From positions 4,192,001-4,256,000 of the forward strand of contig CBDCJH010000002.1 in assembly GCA_965217775.1 (NCBI GenBank): a DNA stretch of 64,000 bases. The letters run 5' to 3'. Each line of letters opens with the position of its first letter. Within the stretch, counting starts at the first letter, position 1. The DNA is from Acidobacteriota bacterium (GTDB taxonomy: Bacteria > Acidobacteriota > UBA6911 > RPQK01 > JAJDTT01). Both the position numbers and the translations under genes were made by a program. Positions 46,813 through 56,948 of this stretch are shown here, piece by piece. Below the pieces are notes generated by a model, which saw only the letters and a program-made list of their open reading frames with translations, searched no databases and was not told where the DNA came from.

Positions 46813-48483
46813 CTGAGGCGAACCCTCGGCTCGATCCGGCTGGGTTTCGGGACCCTGTTGATGGTGACGTCGTTGCTGGCGGCTCAACGGCAGGCGCCGG
46901 TCGACATCATCGAGGGCCGGGTCCCCCCGCCGCCCTCGGTCGGGACGCGCCAGCTCGAGGTGGGAGTGGAGATGGCGGCGCCACTGAACGCCCCTTCCTT
47001 CTTCAAAGTCGGCGACGGCCGCTTGATGATGCTCTCGTCGGGTCGGGTGTGTTACTCCGAGGACAACGGGCTGACCTGGTCCGAACCGCAAGAGTCGTCC
47101 GCTCCCGTCGCCTTCGCCACCCGCCTCAGTTCGGGGCAACTCGCCGGACCCGGACCCGATGGCCTCTTCCATGTTTCCGGAGATGACGGACGGACCTGGG
47201 AAGCACGCGGCAAGATGCTGATCGGGGACCGTTTCGCACCGGCTCGAATCGGCGGAGGGGTGGCACGGCAAGCCTACGTCCCCGCCTTTCCCTACAGCCG
47301 CGGAGGCAGTGCGCTGTTGGTCCAGTTGCGTTCGGGACGAATCCTGATGCCGGCCCGGTTCATCAGCGGTTCCGGCTCCGGCGGTCACAGTCCGGGCTCC
47401 TGGGGCATCCTGGGCGGGGAGCTGGTGGCCATAGAGGGTCATTCCCATTCTCCGGAGCCGGATATCGGCTACGTGTTCTATTCCGATGACGAAGGCCGGA
47501 CCTGGAAGCGCACCGGCGGCCTGATGGTCTGGCACGAGGAGGGATACGGCGGACTCTGGCCCGTGGATGAACCGACCATCGTCGAAGCGGCCAACGGCGA
47601 CGTGGTGCTCTACTTTCGCACCAGCATCGGCCGAGTGTACACCTCGCGCAGCCGGCCGGCGGCCTACATCGACCGCCGCGGGCAGCGGGTGCAACGCCAA
47701 GCCGGAGATCTGTTCGACCCGCCCCAGCCTACGCCGCTGTCCGGTTCCTATTCCCCATGCACCATACAGCGCATCCCCAAGACAGGCGACCTGCTCATCG
47801 TCTGGAACCAGGTCTCCGGCGAGGAGATGCGGGCCGGCTATCGCCGCGGGCGGCTGTCGTCGGCCATCAGCAGGGACGATGGGAAGACGTGGAGGTACTT
47901 TCGCAACATCGACCAGGTCGTTCTCCCGCCGGCGGGGCGTGTGGCTCCGGACCCCGATCCCCGCATGGCGCGGGGTCTGGACTACGTGGGGGTCCTGCCC
48001 GATGACTTCGGCCATGTCGGCTATCCGACCCTCGGAATCGTCGACGATTCGGTCTTCGTCACCTGGTCCCGGTCGGTGGTGAACCCCCGGGAAGGGGATG
48101 TCACCGGCAGGCGGATGCGGGTGTTGCCCCTCTCCTGGTTCTACCAGGAAGAGCCGCCGCTGCCGCCGGGTCCGAAGCTGGTGCTGAAGGTTCCCGCCGG
48201 CGGCGCCGGCGGGGGTTGGAATAGGTTCGAGATCCCGTCCGAATATTACGAGGGCCGTTTCCATGTCCGGTCGGAGGATCTGGAGCCCTACCTCAAGAGC
48301 CCCGTCGGCCGGCTGGGCTACGGCATTCGTGCGCCGCTGCATCAGGTGATCACCTGTCTGGGGTGGGAGCCGGTCTATGACCGGAGCCGTCTCGAGGATG
48401 CCCACGATCCCCGGATGATCGTCTACTGCACCCATCCGCGCGCCGCCCATCCGGCTCTGCCTTCACCGGACCAGCCGGAATGA
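46813..48483 (+). CDS. Exported BNR/Asp-box (sialidase-like) protein
   Basis: Asp boxes SEDNGLTW, SGDDGRTW, SDDEGRTW, SRDDGKTW; DEP..VE, GYP; start uncertain (CTG 46813 or ATG 46861). Confidence 0.7.
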   Translation: MRRTLGSIRLGFGTLLMVTSLLAAQRQAPVDIIEGRVPPPPSVGTRQLEVGVEMAAPLNAPSFFKVGDGRLMMLSSGRVCYSEDNGLTWSEPQESSAPVAFATRLSSGQLAGPGPDGLFHVSGDDGRTWEARGKMLIGDRFAPARIGGGVARQAYVPAFPYSRGGSALLVQLRSGRILMPARFISGSGSGGHSPGSWGILGGELVAIEGHSHSPEPDIGYVFYSDDEGRTWKRTGGLMVWHEEGYGGLWPVDEPTIVEAANGDVVLYFRTSIGRVYTSRSRPAAYIDRRGQRVQRQAGDLFDPPQPTPLSGSYSPCTIQRIPKTGDLLIVWNQVSGEEMRAGYRRGRLSSAISRDDGKTWRYFRNIDQVVLPPAGRVAPDPDPRMARGLDYVGVLPDDFGHVGYPTLGIVDDSVFVTWSRSVVNPREGDVTGRRMRVLPLSWFYQEEPPLPPGPKLVLKVPAGGAGGGWNRFEIPSEYYEGRFHVRSEDLEPYLKSPVGRLGYGIRAPLHQVITCLGWEPVYDRSRLEDAHDPRMIVYCTHPRAAHPALPSPDQPE

Positions 48484-48530
48484 CCGGCGATGTCCCGTGA
48501 CGATTCGGCACGGGAGCGGCCCGGTCGAGA

Positions 48531-50021
48531 TCAGGGAAGAAACTGGATGGAGTAGAGGTCGGCGTCTTTCAGGAGAAATCGAAGACGCACGGTTCTGCCG
48601 GACAGAGAGCCGAGATTGTTGGTCCGCTTCCAACTCACCGCCTGTTCCACCGAGTCGCCGAACAGCTCCCGGGAATCCCGTAGCGAGTAGCCCGGAATCG
48701 GGCGGCCCGTCTCGTCCTGGATCTCGACCCGGATGCTCCCCGCGGCCGAGGTCGAGTAGTTCAGGACCAGGCGGGAGCCGCTGAAGCGAATGAGCCGTGT
48801 GGTCATTTCGCCGCCGGCCAGAGGCGCCCGCACCGACACGAAGCCGTCCAGCCGGTAGGTGTACCGGCGCAGGCGGCTGGCCGGTCCCGAATAGTACGAC
48901 TCGGTAACGTAGATGGAGAGTTCGTCCGGCTCGCCTGCCACGGACGATGGAAGCGAGAGAATTCCCCAGCCGATCATGTTGTTGCGCGTGACCCATCGCT
49001 CCGGCTGGAGCCCGGGACGGACGACCGCTTCTCCCCAGCGGTGGAAGTGAATGCCGTCCCGGCTGCTCATGAAGACCCCGTCCGAAACTCCTGAGAATTC
49101 TCTGTCCTGGTTTCTTTCGGGAACGAACCGTTTGGGGAAACCCAGGTAGATGTGTGGCGCCCGGGCATAAGGGCGAATCTGGTTCGTGTAGAGATGCTCC
49201 ACCGGCGCTCCCGGATACTGCAGGAACACGGGCTCGGACCAGGTCAGGAAGTCACGGGAGTCGGCGGTCTTGACGTCGCAGACGCGCTGCCCCGTGGGAT
49301 GGGTGCGCCCACTCCGAAGATAACAGACGTAACGTCCCCTCAGACTGTCCCAGAAAGCGAGATTCTGCGAGTCGAGGGACATTTCCCCCTTGGGAATCAC
49401 GTGCTCCCGGGCGAGGAGTGTCCAGTGGATGCCGTCGGATGACTTCAGGGCATAAACGCCATCGTCTCCCCGGGCGATCGACTTGTATCGGGCGTCGGGA
49501 GAGGCGGCGAGATTGGTGTCCTTGAAAACTCCCAAAGGATTTCGCTGTTCCGAATCGGCCCAGGGATCGTCCATCCAGACGATGTTGTTCTCCCGGGAAC
49601 CCTGGTACTCGAACTGCCCCAGGTTGGGCCTCGTCCAGGAAAGTCCATCCCGGCTCTCGGCGTAGCAGACCACCGGATGCCGGACACTCTGCCCCGATTG
49701 GTAGTGACGGCCCCCGTAGTACATGCGGTAGAGGTCCCCATCCCGGAACAGGGTGTGGTGAGCGGTGAGGTTGCCCTCCCAGGGGGCGTCGTGCACCAGG
49801 ACCACCTCCCGGCGTTGGGGCTTGTGGAGCTGGAGTCGCGCATCGCCGGTCAGCGAATGGATCAGGAACCGGTCCACCAGAGGTTCCAGGCGGGAACCCA
49901 GGTCGATGGGCTCGGAGGGCGGCCCAGACGCCAACGCCACGGCGAAAACAGCCATGCAGATTCCGCCAGCAACCGACCGATGGCGGAATGAATTGAGGGG
50001 ACCACCCCGGAATCGGACCAT
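48531..50021 (-). CDS. Exported GH-like beta-propeller protein, paralog 9
   Basis: PWEG, YRMYY, LDSQNLAFWD, LYTNQ, YRLDGFVS, ends LYSIQFLP. Confidence 0.8.
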   Translation of the reverse strand: MVRFRGGPLNSFRHRSVAGGICMAVFAVALASGPPSEPIDLGSRLEPLVDRFLIHSLTGDARLQLHKPQRREVVLVHDAPWEGNLTAHHTLFRDGDLYRMYYGGRHYQSGQSVRHPVVCYAESRDGLSWTRPNLGQFEYQGSRENNIVWMDDPWADSEQRNPLGVFKDTNLAASPDARYKSIARGDDGVYALKSSDGIHWTLLAREHVIPKGEMSLDSQNLAFWDSLRGRYVCYLRSGRTHPTGQRVCDVKTADSRDFLTWSEPVFLQYPGAPVEHLYTNQIRPYARAPHIYLGFPKRFVPERNQDREFSGVSDGVFMSSRDGIHFHRWGEAVVRPGLQPERWVTRNNMIGWGILSLPSSVAGEPDELSIYVTESYYSGPASRLRRYTYRLDGFVSVRAPLAGGEMTTRLIRFSGSRLVLNYSTSAAGSIRVEIQDETGRPIPGYSLRDSRELFGDSVEQAVSWKRTNNLGSLSGRTVRLRFLLKDADLYSIQFLP

Positions 50022-50082
50022 CTCGTTCCTAGCGGCACAGAATACGGGAAGGAAGGCGGCGTTGCATGTACAATTCCGAACC

Positions 50083-51606
50083 ATGAAGGATCTCTCGACT
50101 CGATCGCTGCTCTGGGCATTTCTGGCGGTTGCCGTTGCGTCTTACACGACCGGCGCCCCGGCGCCCCAACCGGAAGGGAGCTCCCCGGAGGTTCTGGAGA
50201 TTGGAAGCCGCGTGGAGCTCTTCGTGGACCGGCATCTCATCGACGTCATGGACGATGTCGAACTGGAGCTGGGGCAACCTCAGCCCCGGGAGAAGGTATT
50301 CCGGTTCGACCAGCCCTGGGAGGGCAACACGCCGGCTCATATCGCCATCTTCCGGGACGGCGACGTCTACCGCATGTACTACCGGGGCAGCGCGAACAAC
50401 GACTACATCATCCGGGAGGAACTGCTTCCGGGAGAAAAGATCGTTCCCCAGCACCCGAAAGTGAGTTGCTACGCCGAGAGCCGGGACGGCATCCGCTGGA
50501 CCCGCCCCAACCTGGGCCAAGTGGAGTTTCAGGGGTCCCGGGACAACAACATTCTGGACCTGGGGGGCGCCACCAAGTTCAATCCCTTTCGCGACGAGAA
50601 TCCCGAAGCTCCCGATTCGGCCCGTTACAAGGGGGTCGCCTTCTACCGGACCGTCCCCGGCGCCCCGCCCCACTCAAAGCAGAGAGGCTTGGTCCCCCTC
50701 CAGTCCTCCGACGGCGTGCACTGGACCTGGATGGCGCCGGAGCCGGTCGTCACCGACGGGTATTTCGATTCCCACAACGTGGCCTTCTGGGACGGCGTCC
50801 GGGGCCATTACGTGGCGCTGTACCGGGACTTCGCCCACGGGGTGCGCACACTCAAATACGCCACCTCGAAGGACTTCGTCGAATGGACCCCGGGCCGGTG
50901 GGTCGACTACGGAGACGCGCCTCAGGAACATCTCTACACCAACGCGACGGTCCCCTATTTTCGCGCGCCCCACATCTACGTGGCCTTTCCCAAGCGGTTC
51001 GTGCCGTGGCGAGCCCCGCAGCATTACGACTACGCGAGCGCCACCGAGCGGCCGGGGCTCTCCGAGGGGGTCTTCATGAGCAGCCGCGACGGTCTGCACT
51101 GGCATCGATTCCTGGAGGCCTTCATCCGGCCCGGACGGAACCGGCGGAACTGGATCCACCGGACCAACTTCGTGGGCCGTGGAATCATCCGGAGCGCGGA
51201 TGACGAGATCTCGTTGTACGTGACCCGGCACTACACCTATCCCAGTGTCCACCTCCGGAGAATGAGCCTGAGGCTCGACGGATTCGTCTCGGTCAGCGCC
51301 GGTCATCCCGGCGGCGAGTTCACGACCCGGCCCTTGGTCTTCGAAGGGAAGAACCTGGTGTTGAACTACGCCACGGCGGCGGCGGGAAGCATTCAGGTGG
51401 AGATCCAGGATGCGGCCGGGAAGCCGCTGGCCGGCTTTGCTCTCCAGGACTCGATCCCGATCTGGGGAGACGAGATCGAGGGTGTGGCCCGCTGGCGCCG
51501 GGCCGGCAACCGGGACCGGGATCAGCTCCGGCGCGTGGCCGGGATGCCCGTGCGCCTGAGGTTCGTCATGACCGACGCCGACCTCTTTTCGTTGCGATTC
51601 CGTTGA
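50083..51606 (+). CDS. Exported GH-like beta-propeller protein, paralog 10
   Basis: Signal peptide, ELFVD, FDSHNVAFWD, LYTN, LRLDGFVS, ends LFSLRFR. Confidence 0.8.
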   Translation: MKDLSTRSLLWAFLAVAVASYTTGAPAPQPEGSSPEVLEIGSRVELFVDRHLIDVMDDVELELGQPQPREKVFRFDQPWEGNTPAHIAIFRDGDVYRMYYRGSANNDYIIREELLPGEKIVPQHPKVSCYAESRDGIRWTRPNLGQVEFQGSRDNNILDLGGATKFNPFRDENPEAPDSARYKGVAFYRTVPGAPPHSKQRGLVPLQSSDGVHWTWMAPEPVVTDGYFDSHNVAFWDGVRGHYVALYRDFAHGVRTLKYATSKDFVEWTPGRWVDYGDAPQEHLYTNATVPYFRAPHIYVAFPKRFVPWRAPQHYDYASATERPGLSEGVFMSSRDGLHWHRFLEAFIRPGRNRRNWIHRTNFVGRGIIRSADDEISLYVTRHYTYPSVHLRRMSLRLDGFVSVSAGHPGGEFTTRPLVFEGKNLVLNYATAAAGSIQVEIQDAAGKPLAGFALQDSIPIWGDEIEGVARWRRAGNRDRDQLRRVAGMPVRLRFVMTDADLFSLRFR

Positions 51607-51625
51607 ACCGGAATCTCGATCGAGA

Positions 51626-53101
51626 TCACAACGTCCAACCGGACCGGAATTCCCGCCGTAGCAGCGCGTCAGCCTCCGGAGAGTTGGTGACCCGCAGGTT
51701 ATCGGCGTCCCAGTCGAGTTTGGCACCGCTACGGTAGGCAACGGCACCCAGGTTGACCGCCTCCGAGAGGGGGCCGGAATAGCCGAAGTGGCTGCTCGTC
51801 GGGCTCCCTGTCTTGCAGGCGGCGATCCACTCGGAACGATGGCCGACTTCAGCCGTTCGACGCCATTCCGGGTGATGCTTGTAGGCGGCCATCCACTCGG
51901 CGCGACGGCCGATTTCCGCACCGATGGACGGGGGAATGCTCGGCTTGGGCGGCTCGAAGTTCGCGAATTTTTTTTCAGGCCAGAGCATCCGCTGGGGGTA
52001 GTTCACCCACAGCATTCCCTCGGTGCCCACGAAGACGCCCCAGGCCCAGTCGGGAAAGGCGTTCTCCGCAAAAACCGGCGGCGGTTGACTGCCCTGCGTC
52101 CAGGCCAGGGTGACCGGCGGCATCTCTCCGCGGGCCGGAAACCGGTAGCGGACATGGAGCCGCTCGGGAACCGTCTCCGAGTGCGGCGGCGGCCCCTCGG
52201 CCACCACCGAGATCGGATAGCGGAGATTCAGGGCCCAGAAGGGCAAGTTGAAGTAGTGGGTGGCGGCGTTGCCGAGACTGCCGGTGCCGAAATCCCACCA
52301 GCGCTGCCAGTTGCCGCCGCAACCGCGGGAATAGGTGGGATGGTAGGGGCGGTAAGGCGCCGACCCCAGAAAAAGATCCCAGTGAAGCCCTTCGGGGACG
52401 GGTGGCGTCGCCGTCGGGCGATCGATCGTGCTGCGTCCCGAGCGGACCCAGATATGGCATTCCTCCACCTCGCCGATGGCTCCGCCGCGGATCAGCTCGA
52501 CGATGCGGCGAAAATTGTCCGAGGCGTGGATCTGGGTTCCCAATTGGGTCGCCACCTTCTGCTCAGCGGCGACCTTGGCCAGCATGCGGGCCTCGTAGAC
52601 CGAGATGGCTCCCGGCTTCTCGCAGTAAACGTGCTTGCCGCGCCGCATCGCCGCAACACTGGCGGGAGCGTGGGTGTGGTCCGGAGTGGTCACCACCACG
52701 GCATCGATCTCGCGGTCCAACTCGTCGAGCATCTGCCGGTAATCGTGGAACTTCTTCGCTTGTTTATAGCGGGCCAAGGCGGCCCCCGGAGGATTCCGGC
52801 GCTTGGGAGCCGAAGCCGAAGCCGACCGCTCGTCAGTGTCGCAGAGAGCCACGATGTTCTCTCCGCTCATCTCCGGCTGTGAAGACGGCTTGATTCTCAT
52901 GCCCGTCACGTATTCCACGTTCTCCCCGGCCATGTGGGCGAGGTTCCACGCCCCCATGCCGCCGACTCCGACCACGGCGATGTTGAGCTTTTCGTTGGCC
53001 GGGTAGCCCCAGACCGAACGGCTGTTGCGGAGAATCACCAACCCCGCCGCAGCCTGGCCCGCAGTGCTGAGAAATCGTCGGCGCTTCCACTGGTTCGTCA
53101 T
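51626..53101 (-). CDS. Tat-exported Gfo/Idh/MocA family oxidoreductase
   Basis: KRRRFL Tat motif; LNIAVVGVGGMG, IDAVVVTTPDHTHA, HVYCEKP, WDFGTG.LG. Confidence 0.9.
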   Translation of the reverse strand: MTNQWKRRRFLSTAGQAAAGLVILRNSRSVWGYPANEKLNIAVVGVGGMGAWNLAHMAGENVEYVTGMRIKPSSQPEMSGENIVALCDTDERSASASAPKRRNPPGAALARYKQAKKFHDYRQMLDELDREIDAVVVTTPDHTHAPASVAAMRRGKHVYCEKPGAISVYEARMLAKVAAEQKVATQLGTQIHASDNFRRIVELIRGGAIGEVEECHIWVRSGRSTIDRPTATPPVPEGLHWDLFLGSAPYRPYHPTYSRGCGGNWQRWWDFGTGSLGNAATHYFNLPFWALNLRYPISVVAEGPPPHSETVPERLHVRYRFPARGEMPPVTLAWTQGSQPPPVFAENAFPDWAWGVFVGTEGMLWVNYPQRMLWPEKKFANFEPPKPSIPPSIGAEIGRRAEWMAAYKHHPEWRRTAEVGHRSEWIAACKTGSPTSSHFGYSGPLSEAVNLGAVAYRSGAKLDWDADNLRVTNSPEADALLRREFRSGWTL

Positions 53102-53588
53102 TGTTCTTTCTCCATCAGGATCCGGCCATTCCGTGAGAAATGACCTGGCCATCGGGTGAGTGTTGGAAATCCATTATGAAGGTAGCATGGAACTTGGACA
53201 ACTCAGCAATATTGCTTCAACGCCCGGATCTGGGTCAATGGGCGTGCGGTTCTGGACTTTCCCCATTTGGGGGAACTCCTGACTTCCGGTTCCATAGGAC
53301 TCTCCCGGCCGAGGCATACCGGGGGTCCGGAGGGCGCGTACTGCAAGATCGTAGCGGTTCCAGCCGGGATTGACGCGCGGCCCCGTTTGGCCATGCCAGG
53401 CTAGGCGTTATAAAATGTCTTTCTGATGGTGATGCGTCTGCTGGACCGGGCCAGAGGCGGCCGACTCAGGAAACGATGCCCTCCCCTGGAGCAGCGCGGA
53501 TTCCGCTCTGGTCAGTGACTCCGGTAGGACCTCCGATGCTGCGTGGTTGATGGGAGAGAGGTTGGATTGGGCTGACGTGGAGGCCAAC

Positions 53589-53846
53589 ATGGGGACGACC
53601 CGCAAGACTATCACCGTTACGGAGCAACAAGACAAATGGATCAAGGCGCAGATCGATGGCGGTGATTTCACCACTGACAGCGAATATATCCGCGATTTGA
53701 TCCGCCGCGACCAAGCCCGCCGGTCCGAGATGGATGCGATTCGGGGAGCGTTGATCAGGGGCGAAGAAAGCGGACAACCACAAGCATTCAACGGCGACCT
53801 GTTCAAAGAGCAAATGGCCGCCAAACATGCCCGGAAAGTTCGCTGA
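53589..53846 (+). CDS. parD: ParD-family antitoxin (RHH, CC2985-like)
   Basis: RKTIT.T..QD.WIKAQI..G.F..DSEYIRDLIR, GEESG; GGAGG RBS. Confidence 0.88.
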   Translation: MGTTRKTITVTEQQDKWIKAQIDGGDFTTDSEYIRDLIRRDQARRSEMDAIRGALIRGEESGQPQAFNGDLFKEQMAAKHARKVR

Positions 53847-54129
53847 ATATCGATTGGCGCCGGAAGCCAAGCGCGACCTTGAAGCCATCTGGCTCTATAC
53901 GCTCGAAGAGTGGGGGCTGGAACAGGCTAATCGTTACACGGATGAATTGACGGACGTTTTTGCTCAGCTTGCCGTTAGGCCGCAACTAGGAACAGCTTGC
54001 GATCACATCCGCACAGGTTACAGCCGCAGCAGGGTAGGGCGACACGTGGTCTATTACCGCATGACCGAATACGGAATTGCCGTGATTCGCATATTGCATG
54101 ATCGGATGCTACCAACGCGGCACTTGTAG
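53827..54129 (+). CDS. parE: ParE/RelE-family toxin
   Basis: YRL.PEA..DLE.IW.YT...WG.EQA..Y, HVVYYR, IRILH.RM. Confidence 0.88.
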   Translation: MPGKFAEYRLAPEAKRDLEAIWLYTLEEWGLEQANRYTDELTDVFAQLAVRPQLGTACDHIRTGYSRSRVGRHVVYYRMTEYGIAVIRILHDRMLPTRHL

Positions 54130-54304
54130 GTGCCCAAGTTCCAGGTTTTTCTGCATGAAGCCGGTTGGGCGGACACAAGTGGATGCGTGAGGTGGCACAG
54201 GATGTGGCTTTCACGTGCGAGTCGCCATTCTGGTATTCCCTCGCTCACCGAGATCTTGAACGCTCAGACCAGTCCCTTGCCCGCGTGCTCGCGCCAGACT
54301 AAGC

Positions 54305-54333
54305 GTGATACAATAGTTTATGGATTGTGATAC
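54305..54333 (+). promoter_or_regulatory. Putative autoregulatory operator/promoter of the TA pair
   Basis: GTGATAC direct repeats (54305, 54327), TACAAT -10-like hexamer, ACAAT/ATTGT inverted pair. Confidence 0.4.
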
Positions 54334-54345
54334 GAAAGGAAGAAG

Positions 54346-54594
54346 ATGAAGAGCGTGCGATTAAGTGAACGGATGGAAGCCGAACTTGAAGAGGCGGCAC
54401 GAATCAGCGGTGATTCAGCTTCCAGCATCATCCGCCGGGCTGTGCAGGAACGTTGCCGTATCATCCTGGGAGATCGACTCGATGCAAGGGTGATCGATGT
54501 CGCTGGAACTATTCAGAGCAATGGTGGACGCGCCCGGAGATCGGGCCGCTCGTTCGCCGAATCCCTGTTGCGGCGAAAAGGAAGGGGCTCTTGA
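54346..54594 (+). CDS. Ribbon-helix-helix (CopG-like) antitoxin
   Basis: MKSVRL...MEAELEEAAR..G.S.S.IIRRAV; AAGGA RBS; stop overlaps the PIN gene start. Confidence 0.75.
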   Translation: MKSVRLSERMEAELEEAARISGDSASSIIRRAVQERCRIILGDRLDARVIDVAGTIQSNGGRARRSGRSFAESLLRRKGRGS

Positions 54595-54998
54595 TTCTGG
54601 TCGATGCGGGCCCTCTGATTGCAATTATCGACCGCGGCGAACCTGATCACAGGATCTGCATGGAAGCTCTTTCCTCCCTGATTGGCCCGATGCTCACGAC
54701 TTGGCCGGCCCTTACCGAGGCGATGTATCTGCTGGGCAGGGCCGGAGGCTGGCCGGCTCAAGAGGCATTGTGGAAGCTTCTCGATCGGGATGATCTTCAG
54801 TTGATCGATTTGGATGAGTCCTTGCTTCGCCGCACCCGAGCGTTGATGAAGAAATACCTGGACGTTCCCATGGATCTCGCGGATGCGACCCTGGTAGCCG
54901 CAGCTGAGAAGCTTAAGCTGAAACGAATTCTGACTCTGGATGGTGACTTTCGTATTTATCGTCTGCGGGGACATCGCTCCTTTGAGGTGATGCCGTAG
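54591..54998 (+). CDS. vapC: PIN-domain (VapC-like) toxin
   Basis: TTG start; ILVDAGPLIA..D, LTE, MDLADATLV, ILTLD.DF.IYR. Confidence 0.88.
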   Translation: MILVDAGPLIAIIDRGEPDHRICMEALSSLIGPMLTTWPALTEAMYLLGRAGGWPAQEALWKLLDRDDLQLIDLDESLLRRTRALMKKYLDVPMDLADATLVAAAEKLKLKRILTLDGDFRIYRLRGHRSFEVMP

Positions 54999-55134
54999 CA
55001 GTCCGCGACGCCAGTCTGCCTACGAATCGCTTAGGCGGATGGGCACCCTTCCAGTGAGGTGACATCTTCAACTACGGGCGCCCGGCCGGCAGCACTCGAC
55101 ACTGAGATTTTCCTGGGGAACCGTATAATGAATC

Positions 55135-56835
55135 ATGCTCCGCATTCTTTTCCTGCTGAGCATCCGATTCCTGGATGTCGCCCCTGAGGCCGGTCTCGAT
55201 TTCCGGCACCACAGCGGGAGTCCCGAGAAGAAGTACATCCTGGAGACCATCGGCGGGGGGCTCGCCTGGATAGACTACGACCGGGACGGCTGGCCCGACC
55301 TCTATCTGGTGAACGGGGGCAAGTGGGACGAGCTGCTGGCCGGCACGAGGACCGTCTCCAACGCCCTCTACCGCAACAACGGCGACGGCACCTTCAGCGA
55401 CGTCACCGCCGAATCCGGCCTCACCAGCCCCCACTGGGGCATGGGAGCCGCGGTGGGCGACGTCGACAACGACGGCTGGCCCGACCTCTACCTGTGCAAC
55501 TTCGGTCCCAACAGCCTCTACCGCAACAACGGCGACGGCACTTTCAGTGACATTACCGCCGCCAGCGGGGTGGGGAACCCCCGGTGGAGCTCGTCGGCCG
55601 CCTTCAGCGACTACGACGGGGACGGCTGGATCGACCTCTACGTGGCCAACTACGTGGCTTTCGACCCCCATTCCCCGCGTCCCCCCGAGTGCGGCTACCG
55701 GGGAATCACGGTCCACTGCGGTCCCATGGAGATGGCGGCGGCCCCCGACACCCTCTATCGCAACCGCGGGGACGGAACCTTTGCCGAGGTGACTGGCGAG
55801 GCGGGGGTGGCGCCGCCGCCCGCCTATGGCCTCGGAGCCGTCTGGGGAGACTACGACAACGACGGGGACCCGGACCTCTACGTAGCCAATGACTCCATGG
55901 CCAACTTCCTGTTCCAGAACCGGGAGAGCGGGCGTTTTATCGAGGTGGCGGCGCTGGGAGGAGTCGCCTACAACCAGGACGGCCGGGAACAGGCGGGCAT
56001 GGGCGTGACCTTCGGCGATTACGACCGGGACGGCTTTCTGGATCTGTACGTCACCAACTTCTCCGACGATTACCACACCCTCTACCGCAACCGGAGAGGA
56101 AGACTGTTTCGGGACGTCACCTACGCCGCGGAGGTGGCCTTCCCCAGTTGGCAGTTCCTGGGCTGGGGCGCCCACTTCGCCGATCTGGACAACGACGGCT
56201 GGCTGGATCTGTTCGTTTCCAACGGGCACATCTATCCGCAGGTGGACGGCTACGAAACGGGCACCCGTTTCGCCCAGCGCAAGCTCGTGTTTCAAAATCA
56301 GGGGAACGGCAAGTTCCGGGAGACGGCCGGGGAATGGGGCGAGGATCTGTCGCGGACCTGGTCCAGCCGGGGAGCGGCCTTCGCCGACTTCGACAATGAC
56401 GGCGATCTGGACGTGGCCGTCAACAACCTGGACGCGCGCCCCTCGCTCTTTCGCAACGAGGGTGCCGCAAACGCCGGACACTGGCTGAATCTGGCTCTGG
56501 AGGGAGGATCCACCAACCGGAGCGCCATCGGCACCCGCGTCATCCTTCAGACCGGGTCCTGGAGCCAGTTGCAGGAGGTCCAGGGGGGATCCAGCTACCA
56601 GGCCACCAACGACTTCCGGCTTCATTTCGGCCTGGGAAAGTTGACGGAGGCAAAGCAGTTGATCGTCCGGTGGCGCAGCGGAGCGGTTCAGAATTTCGAG
56701 GGGGTCGCGGCCGATCTCCACTACCGTCTGAAGGAGGGCGGGAAGCTCGAACCGTTTCCCCTCAAGGGACGTGAAGTGCGCGGCAGGACGGACTCATCCC
56801 GAACTGACGGTGGCGCTACGGGACCCGGTCAATAA
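55135..56835 (+). CDS. CRTAC1-family FG-GAP repeat protein with ASPIC/UnbV domain
   Basis: EKKYILETIGGG, DYDRDGWPDLY, QAGMG, NRSAIG, HFGLG; TATAAT 5 nt before ATG. Confidence 0.9.
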   Translation: MLRILFLLSIRFLDVAPEAGLDFRHHSGSPEKKYILETIGGGLAWIDYDRDGWPDLYLVNGGKWDELLAGTRTVSNALYRNNGDGTFSDVTAESGLTSPHWGMGAAVGDVDNDGWPDLYLCNFGPNSLYRNNGDGTFSDITAASGVGNPRWSSSAAFSDYDGDGWIDLYVANYVAFDPHSPRPPECGYRGITVHCGPMEMAAAPDTLYRNRGDGTFAEVTGEAGVAPPPAYGLGAVWGDYDNDGDPDLYVANDSMANFLFQNRESGRFIEVAALGGVAYNQDGREQAGMGVTFGDYDRDGFLDLYVTNFSDDYHTLYRNRRGRLFRDVTYAAEVAFPSWQFLGWGAHFADLDNDGWLDLFVSNGHIYPQVDGYETGTRFAQRKLVFQNQGNGKFRETAGEWGEDLSRTWSSRGAAFADFDNDGDLDVAVNNLDARPSLFRNEGAANAGHWLNLALEGGSTNRSAIGTRVILQTGSWSQLQEVQGGSSYQATNDFRLHFGLGKLTEAKQLIVRWRSGAVQNFEGVAADLHYRLKEGGKLEPFPLKGREVRGRTDSSRTDGGATGPGQ

Positions 56836-56948
56836 GACAGGCAATCGACCAAGCTCCGCCGTCCTATCCTTCGTCAGAGTCTCTTTCGTGCCACGAACCC
56901 TCCAATGAACCCGAATTTCGACTGGAACTCGCTTCGCGCAACAGAGTC

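Noticed and set aside
53140-53560. Short ORFs in the gap before parD
   Set aside because: No motifs or coding-like composition; treated as intergenic or decayed sequence.
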